From: an uncultured delta proteobacterium
GTDB lineage: Bacteria; Desulfobacterota; Syntrophia; Syntrophales; Fen-1087
Assembly: GCA_963743175.1 (NCBI GenBank)
Contig: CAVUOQ010000015.1
Span: forward strand, 8,220 to 72,219
DNA length: 64,000 nt
Direction: 5' to 3'
Part shown: positions 9,426-20,805 of the stretch, piece after piece
Position numbering within the stretch: position 1 is the first letter of the stretch
Layout of the letters: the number at the start of each line of letters is the position of its first letter
Position numbers and translations under genes: made by a program
The notes under the pieces: generated by a model
What the model was told of the DNA's origin: nothing
The model's database searches: none
Seen by the model: only the letters and a program-made list of their open reading frames with translations

Positions 9426-10127
9426 TTAAATGGTGCTGCTGATCTGGTCGTCATATTCCCTGACTTTCTTCACATAGTACCGGTGGTTCTTCTTGAGTCC
9501 TCCCTTGAGCGATTCACCGCCCGCATAATAGGCGGCCAGGATGTGATCCCAGAGGATCGTTTCCTCGTATCCCCGTTTCGTGTACTGATCCCTGAGGTCG
9601 CTCAGAAGGGCAGCGGAAACCATGATGTTCAAGGCAGGTTCAAAGGCGTGCATTCTGGTGACGTCAAGGTTGAGTATTTTTGTGTAGGCATCCCATGTCA
9701 AGGGGTGAATCTGCATGATTCCCATGGCGTTGACCGGTGAGCGCGCGTTGACATTGAAATTACTTTCCTTTTTCATGATCGCCAGAAACAGGGAAACCGG
9801 GATGTCGTGTCTTTTCGATTCCTTGATAACGGTCGTGGCGATCGTCATGGCATCCCCCCGTTTGAGATCCGTTTGACTGAGGACCTTCATGATACGCTTC
9901 TTCTGCCAATAGTTTCCATGTTCTTTCAGAAATTCCGATGCCGACACCAAATCCTGCAGTCGATGCTTGGCGGAAACGAGTATTGGAGAGCCGATAATCA
10001 GGAAAGCGATAAAGAAGGTTAACAGCAGGACGGCCGATTGTTTTCTCTTTGATGTGTCCTGTTCCCATTTCAAAATAAATGACATTCTTCTTGCCTCCCA
10101 TGGCCAAAGATTCATCGCAAAACTCAT
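9426..10127 (-). CDS. lytic transglycosylase (SLT-domain) protein with an N-terminal membrane anchor
   Basis: SLT motifs AIMKKESNF, AMGIMQI and AAYYAGG. The start is uncertain (10127 or 10085). Confidence 0.8.
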   Translation of the reverse strand: MSFAMNLWPWEARRMSFILKWEQDTSKRKQSAVLLLTFFIAFLIIGSPILVSAKHRLQDLVSASEFLKEHGNYWQKKRIMKVLSQTDLKRGDAMTIATTVIKESKRHDIPVSLFLAIMKKESNFNVNARSPVNAMGIMQIHPLTWDAYTKILNLDVTRMHAFEPALNIMVSAALLSDLRDQYTKRGYEETILWDHILAAYYAGGESLKGGLKKNHRYYVKKVREYDDQISSTI

Positions 10128-10678
10128 GTATCCTGGCCTGTAAAGTTAGATAAATATTTAATAATCCTTCCAATTCGTCATTATCTGCGTTGAATAGTCT
10201 GACCCGGAATTTTCTTGATGAGAATTCTTACCGGGAAAAAAGAAAAACGGGTCGGGCAAGAAAGAAGACGCGCGAAATGGAGAAAATCACAGGGTGAAAA
10301 GAAAAAGCCAGCTAATGCAACGCAACGATCAAATTTTTTGAAGCGGTGTTTCTTTATCCTCCAGAAAACGTCAGGGTAAATTCTCTACATAATGCCCCGG
10401 GCCGTATGATCACAACAAATCGCAACCAGCCGGGTTGAATGCGGCGCTGATCAAACAAGGGCAACGCTTGCCGGACCCCTCGTTCAGTCCTTCACCGATT
10501 TCATTAATTCGATACTTTAACCATCCTATGAAGCATTTAGCGTGTGTTATTTAACCCATAAAAACGGGTTCGTCAAGTAAAATATGGCATATAATCGTCC
10601 AAGGGGCTAAAATAATTGCGATTTAAGATGGGTTCCGGCGCGATTTTGGGCTTTCAGTGTGCGGTCATCTCACCCCTA

Positions 10679-12577
10679 CTACTGCCAGCGATCCCGCTTT
10701 TCCTTACTTCCATAATTTTCATATTCTTCCCGGAGGGCGATCTGGGTCGCTTCCGCAATATCCTCGACGCGTTTCACCCAGTCCTCAAACTTGATGTCCA
10801 CGCCGAAAATGCCCACCATCTCATCCTTGTCATCCATGATGGGGGCCGAGACGGTGATACACAGGGCGCCTGTCATTTTGGAAATATAGAAATTGGTGAC
10901 ATGGATCTTGCCGGTCTGCAGGGGTTTGATAAACCACTCGCGATCCGACTGATCGGTGCCGATGCCGTAATTTTCATACTTCACCCGGTCGGCGATATTG
11001 GTGATGTTCCTCGTTGTTTTTTTTCCATTCATATCAACAACATAGGAAAACTGGATCGAGGGATTTTCCTCGATGCACTGCAGCATGATGGGTTCCTGGA
11101 GATCGGGCTGCATGCTGCGCATGACGGGGTGCTCGATAACCTGTTTCACCACGGCCATGGCGGCCTGTGCGGCCATGTGCTTGATCTTTTCCAGATTGGA
11201 CATGAACAGTTCCGGTAGATATTTCCGGACGCGCTTTTCCATTTCTTCATTGGAGATACTCGTCACCCGGCCGGCATCATATTCTTCGGTAATCCATTTG
11301 TGGATCCTTGAGATGCCGGGATGCCGCTTGTCGACCGTATTATCGCCCGCAAGACCCAGGTGGCCGTTGATCCAGTAGGCAATTCCCGATTTTCCGGATT
11401 TGTCCGTGACCATCGGTACAATGGGTCTTTTCAGGATCTTGGTGGTGTCGAATATATTGTAGATCTCTTCACATTTGATCAGGCCGTCGGCATGGATGCC
11501 TGCACGCGTCACATTGAAATCCGCACCCACAAAAGGATAGTTTGCGGGAATCTTGTAACCGATCTCTTTTTCAAAATACCGGGCGATATCCGTGATGATG
11601 GTCGTATCCACGCCGTTCGTTGAACCCCTGAGTCCGATGTAATCTATGATGAGGGCTTCCACCGCCGGATTTCCGGTCCGTTCCCCGAGACCGAGCAGGG
11701 TGCCGTTGGCGGCGCTGCATCCGTAAAGCCAGGCGCTGGTGGCGTTGATCAGGGCCTTGTGAAAGTCGTTGTGACCATGCCATTCCAGCAGATCACCCGG
11801 GACGCCCGCCTCCTCAATGAACGCCCGGATCATTTTATCGACGCTGCGCGGCAGGGACGCCCCCGGGTAGGTCACGCCATATCCCATCGTATCGCAGAGC
11901 CTGATCTTGATATTGATGCCGCTTTGAGCACGCAGCTTCATGAGTTCAATGGCGAAGGGAATGCAGAAACCGTAAATATCGGCCCTGGTGATGTCTTCAA
12001 AATGACAGCGGGGAATGATCCCGGCGTCAAGGATGGACCGGACCGTGTCGAGATAGTCTTCCATGACTTGGCGTCTGGTTTGATTGAGCTTCAGGAAGAT
12101 GTGATAATCCGATACGGAAGTCAGAATGCCCGTTTCCTTCAGGCCGGCCTCCTTCACGAGTTTTACATCCTCCCCGTGAGCCCGGATCCAGCCGGTCACT
12201 TCCGGATACCTCAAGCCCAGGCTCAGACATTTGGCGACGGCCTCCTTGTCCTTCTGGCTGTAGAGAAAGAATTCCGTCTGGCGGATCACGCCGTTTTCGC
12301 CGCCTAACCGGCTCATGAACGTGTACAGATCAACGATCTGTTTCACCGTATACGGGGGCCGCGCCTGCTGACCATCTCGGAAGGTGGTATCCGTGATGAA
12401 GATGTCGTCGGGCGGATTGATGGGAATGAGTTTATGATCAAAGTCGATCCGGCTGACCTCATCAAAGGGGAAAACATCCTTCTGGAGATTCGGCTGATCG
12501 ATATCTTTCAGGTCATAGCGCCAGAAGCGGGAATGCTCATGATCCAGTACTTTTTTGTCCTTGTTCCACTTGGCCAT
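10679..12577 (-). CDS. HMGL-like acyl-CoA:2-oxoacid condensing enzyme (homocitrate / isopropylmalate / Re-citrate synthase family) fused to a C-terminal Cache/PAS-like sensor domain
   Basis: DTTFRDGQQ, LCDTMGYG and WHGHNDF motifs over aa 60-330. The C-terminal 150 aa carry the Cache-like pattern DQSDREWF ... FYISKMTGALCITVSAPI ... GIFGVDI. Confidence 0.7.
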   Translation of the reverse strand: MAKWNKDKKVLDHEHSRFWRYDLKDIDQPNLQKDVFPFDEVSRIDFDHKLIPINPPDDIFITDTTFRDGQQARPPYTVKQIVDLYTFMSRLGGENGVIRQTEFFLYSQKDKEAVAKCLSLGLRYPEVTGWIRAHGEDVKLVKEAGLKETGILTSVSDYHIFLKLNQTRRQVMEDYLDTVRSILDAGIIPRCHFEDITRADIYGFCIPFAIELMKLRAQSGINIKIRLCDTMGYGVTYPGASLPRSVDKMIRAFIEEAGVPGDLLEWHGHNDFHKALINATSAWLYGCSAANGTLLGLGERTGNPAVEALIIDYIGLRGSTNGVDTTIITDIARYFEKEIGYKIPANYPFVGADFNVTRAGIHADGLIKCEEIYNIFDTTKILKRPIVPMVTDKSGKSGIAYWINGHLGLAGDNTVDKRHPGISRIHKWITEEYDAGRVTSISNEEMEKRVRKYLPELFMSNLEKIKHMAAQAAMAVVKQVIEHPVMRSMQPDLQEPIMLQCIEENPSIQFSYVVDMNGKKTTRNITNIADRVKYENYGIGTDQSDREWFIKPLQTGKIHVTNFYISKMTGALCITVSAPIMDDKDEMVGIFGVDIKFEDWVKRVEDIAEATQIALREEYENYGSKEKRDRWQ

Positions 12578-12602
12578 TTTTTCTGCTCCATTTTTTAATA
12601 AT

Positions 12603-12641
12603 CATAAACAAAAGAGGGCACTTCAAACTTCTTGTGCCCTC
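12603..12641 (-). terminator. intrinsic terminator after the LysM gene
   Basis: Stem GAGGGCAC (12614-12621) / GTGCCCTC (12634-12641). The minus strand continues TTTTGTTT. Confidence 0.6.
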
Positions 12642-12666
12642 CTTCATGACGAATGTTCAGTCGCTT

Positions 12667-13200
12667 TCATTCCGCGGGGGGCACGGCCCGCGCCGGGGGG
12701 TTGTAAGGCTTGCACGCCCCGGCCGTTTTTCTGGCATTCCGGATATCGGCCGGCTTGTATCCCGCACGCGGGATCTGCAGTTTCATTCCCGGAGTGATCT
12801 TGTCCGGGTCCTTGATCACGTTCTTATTGGCGTCATAAAGAACGGGCCACAGGTACGGATCGTTATAAACGTCCTTGTATTGGGCGATCCACCACAGCGA
12901 ATCTCCGTGCCTGACCTCATAGGTGGCCGGGAGCGCACGCGTATCTGCGGTACGGGCCGCCGGTTTGATTTTGTTATCTGCTGCTTCCTGATCGCGCGGC
13001 GACGGTTTATCCAGGGCCGGCTTGACGTCCGCCTTTTCGGCCGCGGGCTGTTTCTGTTCAGGCATCCCCTGCTCGGTTGCCTGAACTTTGTCCGCACTGA
13101 TCGTCTGTGCCGGTTGCTTGGCGCATCCCGCAAAGATTAAAGAAAGACCGATGATCACAATGACACATACTGAAACCGGGGACCACTTTCTTTGCATCAT
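12667..13200 (-). CDS. LysM-domain lipoprotein
   Basis: Lipobox LIFAGC after MMQRKWSPV, a low-complexity linker, and a C-terminal LysM domain (YEVRHGDSLWWIAQ ... PGMKLQIP). Confidence 0.8.
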   Translation of the reverse strand: MMQRKWSPVSVCVIVIIGLSLIFAGCAKQPAQTISADKVQATEQGMPEQKQPAAEKADVKPALDKPSPRDQEAADNKIKPAARTADTRALPATYEVRHGDSLWWIAQYKDVYNDPYLWPVLYDANKNVIKDPDKITPGMKLQIPRAGYKPADIRNARKTAGACKPYNPPARAVPPAE

Positions 13201-13330
13201 GGTTCTTCTCCTTTGAGAGCGTCTCGTATTGTCAAATGTTGAAGCACGCGACAGCAAACAGGTTTTTATTGATATAGCCATCGCCGCCCCTTGTCAATAA
13301 AAAAGTGGATTTCGCGTTTTTAAAGGTTTC

Positions 13331-15109
13331 TCATTGAACAATTTTCAGGGAAAGCTCCAGCAATTGTTCGATGCTGACCTTTGAGGGGGCGTCTGTCAGC
13401 AGGCAGGCGGCCTTCTGTGTTTTCGGAAAGGCGATGACGTCCCGAATGGATTCCGCTCCGGTCATCAACATGATCAGCCGGTCGAAACCAAAGGCAATGC
13501 CGCCGTGGGGAGGCGTACCATATTCCAGGGCATCCAGCAGGAAGCCGAATTTCGCTCGCGCCTCATCCAGCCCCAGACCAAGGGCCTTGAAGATCGCGGC
13601 CTGTACGTTTTGTGAATGAATCCGGATACTGCCGCCGCCGATTTCCGAGCCGTTCAGAACAAGATCGTAGGCTCTCGCTCTGACCCGGCCGGGGTCTGTT
13701 TCGAGAAACCCAAGATCCGTCATCACGGGGGAAGTAAAAGGGTGGTGCGTGGAAACGAATCGTTTATCCGTGTCGCTGTATTCCATCAGGGGAAATTCCG
13801 TGACCCATGTGAAAGCGAAGGCCGCCGGATCAATGAGCTTGAGTTGTCTGGCCAGGTGAATCCTCAGATTGCCCAGAGAATCCCGGACAATCCCCTGCTT
13901 GTCCGCTACAAAGGCGATCAAATCCCCCTCCTGAACCTCCATCCGGGCATTGATCTGCTGGACTTCGAGCGGCTTGAGATATTTGAAAATCGGAGACGTC
14001 CATCCGTCCGGATTGACACGTGCCCAGGCCAGCCCCTTGGCGCCATAAGCGGCCACATAATCCTTCAGACCATCCAGATCCTTGCGGGACAGTTTTTTGC
14101 CGTCTTCGATCCTGATTGCCTTGATCACGCCGCCGCCGGCGGCAACTTCCTGAAACAGCGTAAAGTCACATTCCTTCACGATGTCCGTCAAGTCCTTCAA
14201 TTCCATGCCAAAGCGCGTATCCGGGTTGTCCTTCCCGTAGCGCTCCATGGCGTCTTTGTAGGCAATCCTGGGGAAGGGGGTTTCCAGGGTCACCCCAAGG
14301 CAGGTTCCGAAGAGGTGCGCCATGTATCCTTCCATGATGGCGATGATGTCGTTTTCATCGATAAAGGACATTTCCAGGTCGACCTGGGTAAATTCGGGCT
14401 GACGGTCCGCCCGCAGGTCTTCGTCACGGAAGCATTTCACGATCTGGTAATAGCGGTCAAATCCCGATACCATCAAAAGCTGTTTGAAAAGCTGGGGAGA
14501 TTGCGGCAGCGCATAAAACATGCCCTGATAGACCCGGCTCGGGACAAGATAATCCCGCGCCCCTTCAGGTGTACTTTTTGTCAGGAAGGGCGTTTCGATT
14601 TCGATGAATCCCCGGCCATGAAAATATTCCCGCGTGGCCGTCGCAGCCTGGCTGCGCAGTATGATCTTTTTCTGAATCTCCGGGCGTCTGAGATCCAGAT
14701 ACCGGTATTTCAAACGGACATTCTCGGAAATCTCTTCCCCGGCATCGAGGACAAATGGAGGCGTTTTTGACTCATTGAGAATTTCCAGCTCATCGATCAT
14801 CACCTCGACCTCTCCGGTTTTCAGGTCCGGATTCGCCATGCCTTCCGGGCGTTTCCGTACCTTCCCCTGAACGGCCAGGACATATTCACTTCTGATTCGA
14901 TGCGCTTCCTGATGAACGGCCGGGTTGAGCTCCGGGTTGAAGACGACCTGGACCAGACCTTCCCGGTCTCTGAAATCAACAAAGATGACGCCGCCATGGT
15001 CTCTGCGCCGCTGCACCCAGCCCATCAGGATGACGGTCTTTCCGGCATCGGTGGCCCGAAGTGCGCCACAGTAATGGGTTCTTTTCTTTACTGTAATAAA
15101 TTCTGACAC
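13331..15109 (-). CDS. aspS: aspartate--tRNA ligase
   Basis: RTHYCG N-terminus and class II motifs ([33 protein letters not shown]). The likely GTG start at 15109 lies just after the hisS stop; the upstream part of the long ORF overlaps hisS and is not AspRS-like. Confidence 0.92.
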   Translation of the reverse strand: MSEFITVKKRTHYCGALRATDAGKTVILMGWVQRRRDHGGVIFVDFRDREGLVQVVFNPELNPAVHQEAHRIRSEYVLAVQGKVRKRPEGMANPDLKTGEVEVMIDELEILNESKTPPFVLDAGEEISENVRLKYRYLDLRRPEIQKKIILRSQAATATREYFHGRGFIEIETPFLTKSTPEGARDYLVPSRVYQGMFYALPQSPQLFKQLLMVSGFDRYYQIVKCFRDEDLRADRQPEFTQVDLEMSFIDENDIIAIMEGYMAHLFGTCLGVTLETPFPRIAYKDAMERYGKDNPDTRFGMELKDLTDIVKECDFTLFQEVAAGGGVIKAIRIEDGKKLSRKDLDGLKDYVAAYGAKGLAWARVNPDGWTSPIFKYLKPLEVQQINARMEVQEGDLIAFVADKQGIVRDSLGNLRIHLARQLKLIDPAAFAFTWVTEFPLMEYSDTDKRFVSTHHPFTSPVMTDLGFLETDPGRVRARAYDLVLNGSEIGGGSIRIHSQNVQAAIFKALGLGLDEARAKFGFLLDALEYGTPPHGGIAFGFDRLIMLMTGAESIRDVIAFPKTQKAACLLTDAPSKVSIEQLLELSLKIVQ

Positions 15110-15117
15110 TTTAAAGT

Positions 15118-16383
15118 TTACCTCGCTTTGATATGGGCTTCGATTATTTTTTCGATCCCCTCCAGGTTGATTGTTTCCTGTGCGCTCGTTTCCATATTTC
15201 TGAATTCCAGCCTGCCCGTTGACAACTCGCGGTCGCCCACGATCAACGCGTGCCGGCAGCGCAGCTTGTCGGCCCGTTTCATCTGACTTTTCAGGCTTTT
15301 GCCGAGATAGTCCATTTCCGTGTAAATCCCTTTCATGCGGAGCCGGTTGCACAGCTCGAATGCGTATTTCTGGGCATCCGGACCCAGGGCGGCAATAAAT
15401 AACTCGGGGTTCTGGTGGAACGATGCCGGATCCGCCGGGAGCAGGGCGACCAGACGCTCAAAGCCGACCGCGAATCCAATGCCGGGGATATCCGGTCCGC
15501 CGAGATCCCTGACCAGCCCGTCATAACGCCCGCCGCCTGCGATGGCATTCTGCGCCCCCAGGGATTCCGTCGTCACTTCAAAGGCCGTTCTCGTGTAGTA
15601 GTCAAGCCCGCGAACCATGAGCGGATTGATCCTGAATGACAGGCTGAACAAATTCAGATTGGACTGGACCTGCTCAAAATGATCACGGCAGTCATCGCAG
15701 ATGTACTGGATGAGGCGGGGCGCCTCGTGGATTACCCCTGCGCAACGCTCATTTTTACAGTCAAAAACGCGCAGCGGGTTGGTATGGATGCGCCGCCGGC
15801 AGTCATCGCAGAGCTGATCTTCCTTTCCTTTCAGAAAGCCCGTGATGGCTTCCCTGAAGGCGGGACGGCAGGAAAAGCAGCCCAGTGTGTTGATTTCAAG
15901 GGCCGGTTCCGGCAATCCGACGGTTTTCAGGAAATGAATCAGCATGAGCATGATTTCCGCATCTGTCCTTGGGTCGTCAAGTCCCAGCAGCTCCGCATTG
16001 ATCTGGTGAAACTGCCGAAATCGACCTTTCTGCGGCCGTTCCCGCCGGAACATGGGACCGATCGTATAAAGCCTGGCAACGGGATCAGCGACATGGAGGC
16101 TGTGTTCCAGATAGGCGCGGATCACCGAGGCCGTTGCTTCCGGCCGGAGTGTCAGGGTTTCTTCACCCCGGTCGAGAAACGTGTACATTTCTTTCTCAAC
16201 GATATCGGTGGTTTCACCGATTCCGCGCTTGAAGAGTTCCGTTTTTTCCAGAATCGGAACCCTGATTTCCCTGAAACCGAAGGCGGTAAAGACCTCATGG
16301 GCATGGCTTTCAATAAACTGCCACTTGCCCGTTTCTTCCGGTAGAATATCCTTGAAACCTCTTACTGCGGTGACGGATTGCAT
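15118..16383 (-). CDS. hisS: histidine--tRNA ligase
   Basis: [30 protein letters not shown] and GGGRYDGL motifs. Confidence 0.95.
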   Translation of the reverse strand: MQSVTAVRGFKDILPEETGKWQFIESHAHEVFTAFGFREIRVPILEKTELFKRGIGETTDIVEKEMYTFLDRGEETLTLRPEATASVIRAYLEHSLHVADPVARLYTIGPMFRRERPQKGRFRQFHQINAELLGLDDPRTDAEIMLMLIHFLKTVGLPEPALEINTLGCFSCRPAFREAITGFLKGKEDQLCDDCRRRIHTNPLRVFDCKNERCAGVIHEAPRLIQYICDDCRDHFEQVQSNLNLFSLSFRINPLMVRGLDYYTRTAFEVTTESLGAQNAIAGGGRYDGLVRDLGGPDIPGIGFAVGFERLVALLPADPASFHQNPELFIAALGPDAQKYAFELCNRLRMKGIYTEMDYLGKSLKSQMKRADKLRCRHALIVGDRELSTGRLEFRNMETSAQETINLEGIEKIIEAHIKAR

Positions 16384-16402
16384 AAAAAAACCTGAATGCG
16401 CT

Positions 16403-19024
16403 TTAAAAGTGAGTCTTCGTAACGGCGAAGCGGCGTGCTGGATAGCACATCAGGCCCTGAAAGGCAACCAAATATTGGTCTATTATCCGCCATCCGGAGA
16501 AGCCGGTCCCATAACGGCGGGATCGCCGTTCCCTCGCAGACTGAATGCGCAGATCACGGCCGTCTGTCGTGACGGTTACCGCTCCGTCCCGATCTGTTCT
16601 CAGAACTCTGATCTTCCGGGTATGATATCGGTCCAGAACGTCGGGATGGGGTAAACGAAAGATATTGTCTTTCCCGCAACTGACAATTGCGATGCGGGGG
16701 CGAACGTTGTCGAGGAATGATTCCGTACTGGATGTCAGACCGCCGTGATGAGGAACGAACAGGACATCACTGTTGATTTTAACGCCCTGATGGATAAGGC
16801 GAGCTTCGGTCGGTTCGGAGATATCGGCCGGCAACAGGATGCCGACGGCGCCGTAGGTCAGTTTCGTGACAACAGACAGATTATTGGTCTCATCGAAATT
16901 TTCCGGGTCATCAGATTTGCTGACGGGAACAACGGGATTCAGGATCCGGACATGGACCCCGTCGATAGGATCCGGAAGCGATGCCGCTGAGACCAGGCGA
17001 CAGGGGATATTTCTTGTCGTTATTATTTTTTTAAAAGACTGAAATGATTCCGTATATGATTCCTGACCGCTTGACCAGACTTCCCCGACATTAAAATTCT
17101 CCACGATAAATTTCAATCCATTGAGATGATCCGGATGGACATGGGTTAGAATGACAATATCAATTCGGCGGATCTTTTCATGCCATAAAAAGGGCGCCAC
17201 CACATATTTGCCGATATCAAAATCATCATTGAAAAAACCACCGCCGTCAATGAGCATGTTCTTGCCGCCGGGAAACCGGACGAGGGTCGAGCTGCCCTGA
17301 CCCACATCGATTGCCGTAATCCGCAGATCCCGATTTTGTGTGTTGATGAGATGTCCGTAGAGAAGATAGCCGAAAAAGAAAATTATCACTCCGGCCAGCG
17401 CCCTCTTCAATATCCTGCCCCGCCGAAAGAATGTTTCGCTGCTGGAGGGGGGATCATGCCGCTTTATGGTCCAGTGATCCATCAGACCGAAGAGAATCAA
17501 CAGCAGCAGGCAATAGACGATGATTTCAAGCGCATTCGGGGTGGCAACGTAATACGAGGCCCAGGACAGGGAGGCAAAATACTCGACCACAAACAGGGAA
17601 ATGTCCACCAGGAACGCGGAAATTTTGATCAGCCAGGCCGTCAGGCACGCCGAAAAGGGCGCCGCCACAATGATAGTCATGGAGACCGGCAGGGCCATGA
17701 TCCCCAGGATCGGAACAACGACAAGGTTAGCCGGAAGCGTGATCAACGACATTCTGTTGAAATAAAAGACGACCAGCGGCAGCGTGCCGAGCGTGGCGCT
17801 GACGGATACAATCATGAACAGCGCGATGTCGTACAGACGCCGGTAGATGAATAGCTGTATCCGGGGCTTTCCCGCTACAGGCGGTTTGGGAATCAAGGCG
17901 GTCAGTTTTGGCGTCATGAAAAGGATGGCGGCCACGGCGGAAAAGGACAACTGAAAAGAAATATCGAAGAGGGAAGGGGGCCAGACCACGAGAATCACCA
18001 GGGCTGCCAATGCCAGGGTATGATAAAGATCCCGCTCCTTTCCCAGAAGAATGGCGATGAGAAACGCCAGTGCCATAATGGCGGCCCGAACGACCGAAAT
18101 CCCCATCCCTGCGATCAAGGTGAAGCTGGCAATGGGAATGAAGGAAAGGGCCAGGGAGACTTTCGTGATGTTGAATCTCAGCAGCAGATATTCCGATGTT
18201 TTCACGATCGTGCGGACGATCAGGATCGAGAAAAACGCGATGATTCCGACATTAAATCCGGAAATGGCGAGGATGTGAGAAACGCCGGTCCGGTTGAATT
18301 GGTCCTGGATCTCCTTCGGGATTTCTCTCTGATCCCCGAGAATCATGGCCTGAATAATCTCGCCGGCCGGCGATCCGGCATTGGCCCGAATGGCTGTTTT
18401 CAAGTGACGCCGGAACGCTTCGAGCTGCATTCGCAGCGGCTGACCCTGGTTTTCCCGAAGAATAATGAGATTGGCCGGATTACTAATGAACCCCTGGACC
18501 AGAATCCCCTTGAAACGAAGGGTTCTTTCGTAATCAAATCCGCCGGGATTGTGAAAACTGTGCGGAATCTTCAGTTTCGTCTTGAACCGGATGATCTGTC
18601 CATACCTGAATATATCGTCCGTCGCGCAATTCAGCAGGATTTTGCCGTTCACGGGGATAACGGTGTCATGGGTTCGCAGTCGCTGCGAGGAAACGATCAG
18701 CTGGATTTTATCCGGGAAGACCTGAGGGGGGGCCGATATCAGTCCTTCCACGGTTAATTGGTCCGGTCCCGCATGCTGCACGATATGCGCCGGGCCAGGT
18801 TTTTCGTAGAGATAGAGGTTGATATTCAGGACGGATAACACGAACGTGACGATCATGGCGGCCGGCATGATCAGACATTTAAGACCCCTCCATAGGCTGA
18901 CAAGGATCGCGATCAGACCCAGGATCAAGCCGGGCAACAACCACAAACCGGGCATTTCAAAGATATACCCGGAGGAAATCCCTGCAATGACGGCAATCAA
19001 GAGGGGCAGTAGTGGTCTTTGCAT
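16403..19024 (-). CDS. comEC: ComEC/Rec2 DNA-internalisation competence protein with a C-terminal MBL domain
   Basis: Polytopic competence domain (GVSHILAISGFNVG) and a C-terminal metallo-beta-lactamase domain (LTHVHPDH ... VPHHG). Start taken as MQRPLLPLL (19024). Confidence 0.85.
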   Translation of the reverse strand: MQRPLLPLLIAVIAGISSGYIFEMPGLWLLPGLILGLIAILVSLWRGLKCLIMPAAMIVTFVLSVLNINLYLYEKPGPAHIVQHAGPDQLTVEGLISAPPQVFPDKIQLIVSSQRLRTHDTVIPVNGKILLNCATDDIFRYGQIIRFKTKLKIPHSFHNPGGFDYERTLRFKGILVQGFISNPANLIILRENQGQPLRMQLEAFRRHLKTAIRANAGSPAGEIIQAMILGDQREIPKEIQDQFNRTGVSHILAISGFNVGIIAFFSILIVRTIVKTSEYLLLRFNITKVSLALSFIPIASFTLIAGMGISVVRAAIMALAFLIAILLGKERDLYHTLALAALVILVVWPPSLFDISFQLSFSAVAAILFMTPKLTALIPKPPVAGKPRIQLFIYRRLYDIALFMIVSVSATLGTLPLVVFYFNRMSLITLPANLVVVPILGIMALPVSMTIIVAAPFSACLTAWLIKISAFLVDISLFVVEYFASLSWASYYVATPNALEIIVYCLLLLILFGLMDHWTIKRHDPPSSSETFFRRGRILKRALAGVIIFFFGYLLYGHLINTQNRDLRITAIDVGQGSSTLVRFPGGKNMLIDGGGFFNDDFDIGKYVVAPFLWHEKIRRIDIVILTHVHPDHLNGLKFIVENFNVGEVWSSGQESYTESFQSFKKIITTRNIPCRLVSAASLPDPIDGVHVRILNPVVPVSKSDDPENFDETNNLSVVTKLTYGAVGILLPADISEPTEARLIHQGVKINSDVLFVPHHGGLTSSTESFLDNVRPRIAIVSCGKDNIFRLPHPDVLDRYHTRKIRVLRTDRDGAVTVTTDGRDLRIQSARERRSRRYGTGFSGWRIIDQYLVAFQGLMCYPARRFAVTKTHF

Positions 19025-19116
19025 CGTTGAAATCGTCTTAATTGATGAAATGTTTTTGCAAAGTATTATCAAAGTATTATATAGCACAGCGCAGGCGAAG
19101 ATGCCTGACAAAAAAT

Positions 19117-20793
19117 ATGATCTCGGGATTCCAGATGGTCCAGGCTGAAAATATAGATAGCCGGGTTCGCTATTTGATGCTGGCCAGAGTGGCGGTCATC
19201 ACCATTCTGCTGGGCATCGCCACGTTTGTGGAACTCAAGGGCGAAGAGTTTTTGCCGGAGATATCGCTCTATTCATTTTACGTCATCGTCATTGCCGCTT
19301 ACATTCTTTCAGCCTTTTATTACATCATTTTGCATCTCACGTTAAACCTGAAAATCAATCTCTATTTTCAGGCGCTCTGCGACGTGCTCATGATAACGGG
19401 ACTCGTATATGCCACGGGGGGAATCCAGAGCATTTACGCTGTGTTCTATACCATTGTCATCATCTACTCGGTTATATTCCTGGGCAGACGGGGGGGATTG
19501 ATCATCGCCTCGGCGTGCGGCATCTTTTACGGGGGGCTGCTTGACCTGGAGTATTATAAAATCCTGATTCCCTCTTATGCGCTGATAAAAGACATCTCTT
19601 TCAGCGCGGGCTATGTCTTTTCGAGAATCATTATCTACATCTTTTCATTCTACCTGGTGGCGATTCTTGCGAGTTTCGTCGTGGAAAAGGAAAGAAAAAC
19701 GAGAACCCTGCTGGAAGAAAAGGTCACCGCTTTCGACCAGCTCGATCTGCTGCATCGCAGTATTATTGAATCCATCGACACGGGAATTGTAACCGTCGAT
19801 CTCCTGGGCCGCATCAAATCGTTCAACCGTGCGGCCGAAGAAATCACGGGCTATGCGTCACCAGATATTGAAAATCTTAATATTATTGATGTTATTCCTG
19901 AATATGGAGAACTGCGTGAAAAATTGAACCGGGGCGCCGAATCGGACTCCCGGAAAAACCGGGTCGAGATAATGCTCCAAAGGAAATCCGGGGCGTCTCT
20001 TGTGCTGGGTTGTTCCATCTCCTTCCTGAAAGACAGCCAGGGAGCAAGGATTGGCGATATTCTGGTTTTTCAGGATTTGACCGAGATCAAAGAAATGGAA
20101 CGCCATCTCGAAACGAGCAGGCGACTTGCCTTCGTCGGCGAAATGGCCGCCGGCCTTGCCCATGAAATGAGAAATCCGCTGGCATCGATCGGCGGTTCCA
20201 TTCAGATGCTGCACAAGGGCCTTGATCTGAGTTTGTCGGATGAGCGCCTGATGCAGATCATTCTGAGAGGAAAGGATCAGCTGGAAAGCTTCATGAAGGA
20301 TTTCTTGCTCCTGTCCAGGCCGACACCCGGGATTCATGAAGCATTTAAAATTGATGAGATCATCGATGACGTTCTCGATACCATTAAGTATGTGCCGGAC
20401 TGGCGGGACCAGATCGAAATCATGAGATCCTCGACGAATCAGCTTGAAATCTTCGCCAGTAAAACTGAGATCAGGCAGCTGATCTGGAACCTGGTGATGA
20501 ATGCGGTCCAGGCTATGCCCGATGGCGGCAGGCTCAGTATCAACACGCGTGATGCGATGCTGACAGGATCCATCCCGGCCCTGGAATTTGAAATCATTGA
20601 CGACGGACTTGGGATTAATGAAAGCAATCTCGGTAAAATATTTGAACCATTTTTTACGACCAAGGAAAAGGGAACGGGGCTTGGTCTGGCGATTGTCAAC
20701 CGGATTGTCGATGGTTATCTCGGGACAATCATGGTCGACAGCGTACCGGGACGCGGCACCAAATTCTCTATCAGGCTGCCCCGCAACACTTAA
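19117..20793 (+). CDS. sensor histidine kinase (PilS/NtrB-like: polytopic N-terminus, PAS, HisKA, HATPase)
   Basis: Six predicted TM helices, a PAS region (IDTGIVTVDLLGRI), the H-box GLAHEMRNPL, N-box NLVMNAVQA, and G-boxes DDGLGI and GTGLGL. Confidence 0.88.
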   Translation: MISGFQMVQAENIDSRVRYLMLARVAVITILLGIATFVELKGEEFLPEISLYSFYVIVIAAYILSAFYYIILHLTLNLKINLYFQALCDVLMITGLVYATGGIQSIYAVFYTIVIIYSVIFLGRRGGLIIASACGIFYGGLLDLEYYKILIPSYALIKDISFSAGYVFSRIIIYIFSFYLVAILASFVVEKERKTRTLLEEKVTAFDQLDLLHRSIIESIDTGIVTVDLLGRIKSFNRAAEEITGYASPDIENLNIIDVIPEYGELREKLNRGAESDSRKNRVEIMLQRKSGASLVLGCSISFLKDSQGARIGDILVFQDLTEIKEMERHLETSRRLAFVGEMAAGLAHEMRNPLASIGGSIQMLHKGLDLSLSDERLMQIILRGKDQLESFMKDFLLLSRPTPGIHEAFKIDEIIDDVLDTIKYVPDWRDQIEIMRSSTNQLEIFASKTEIRQLIWNLVMNAVQAMPDGGRLSINTRDAMLTGSIPALEFEIIDDGLGINESNLGKIFEPFFTTKEKGTGLGLAIVNRIVDGYLGTIMVDSVPGRGTKFSIRLPRNT

Positions 20794-20805
20794 GGAGATG
20801 TGAAA

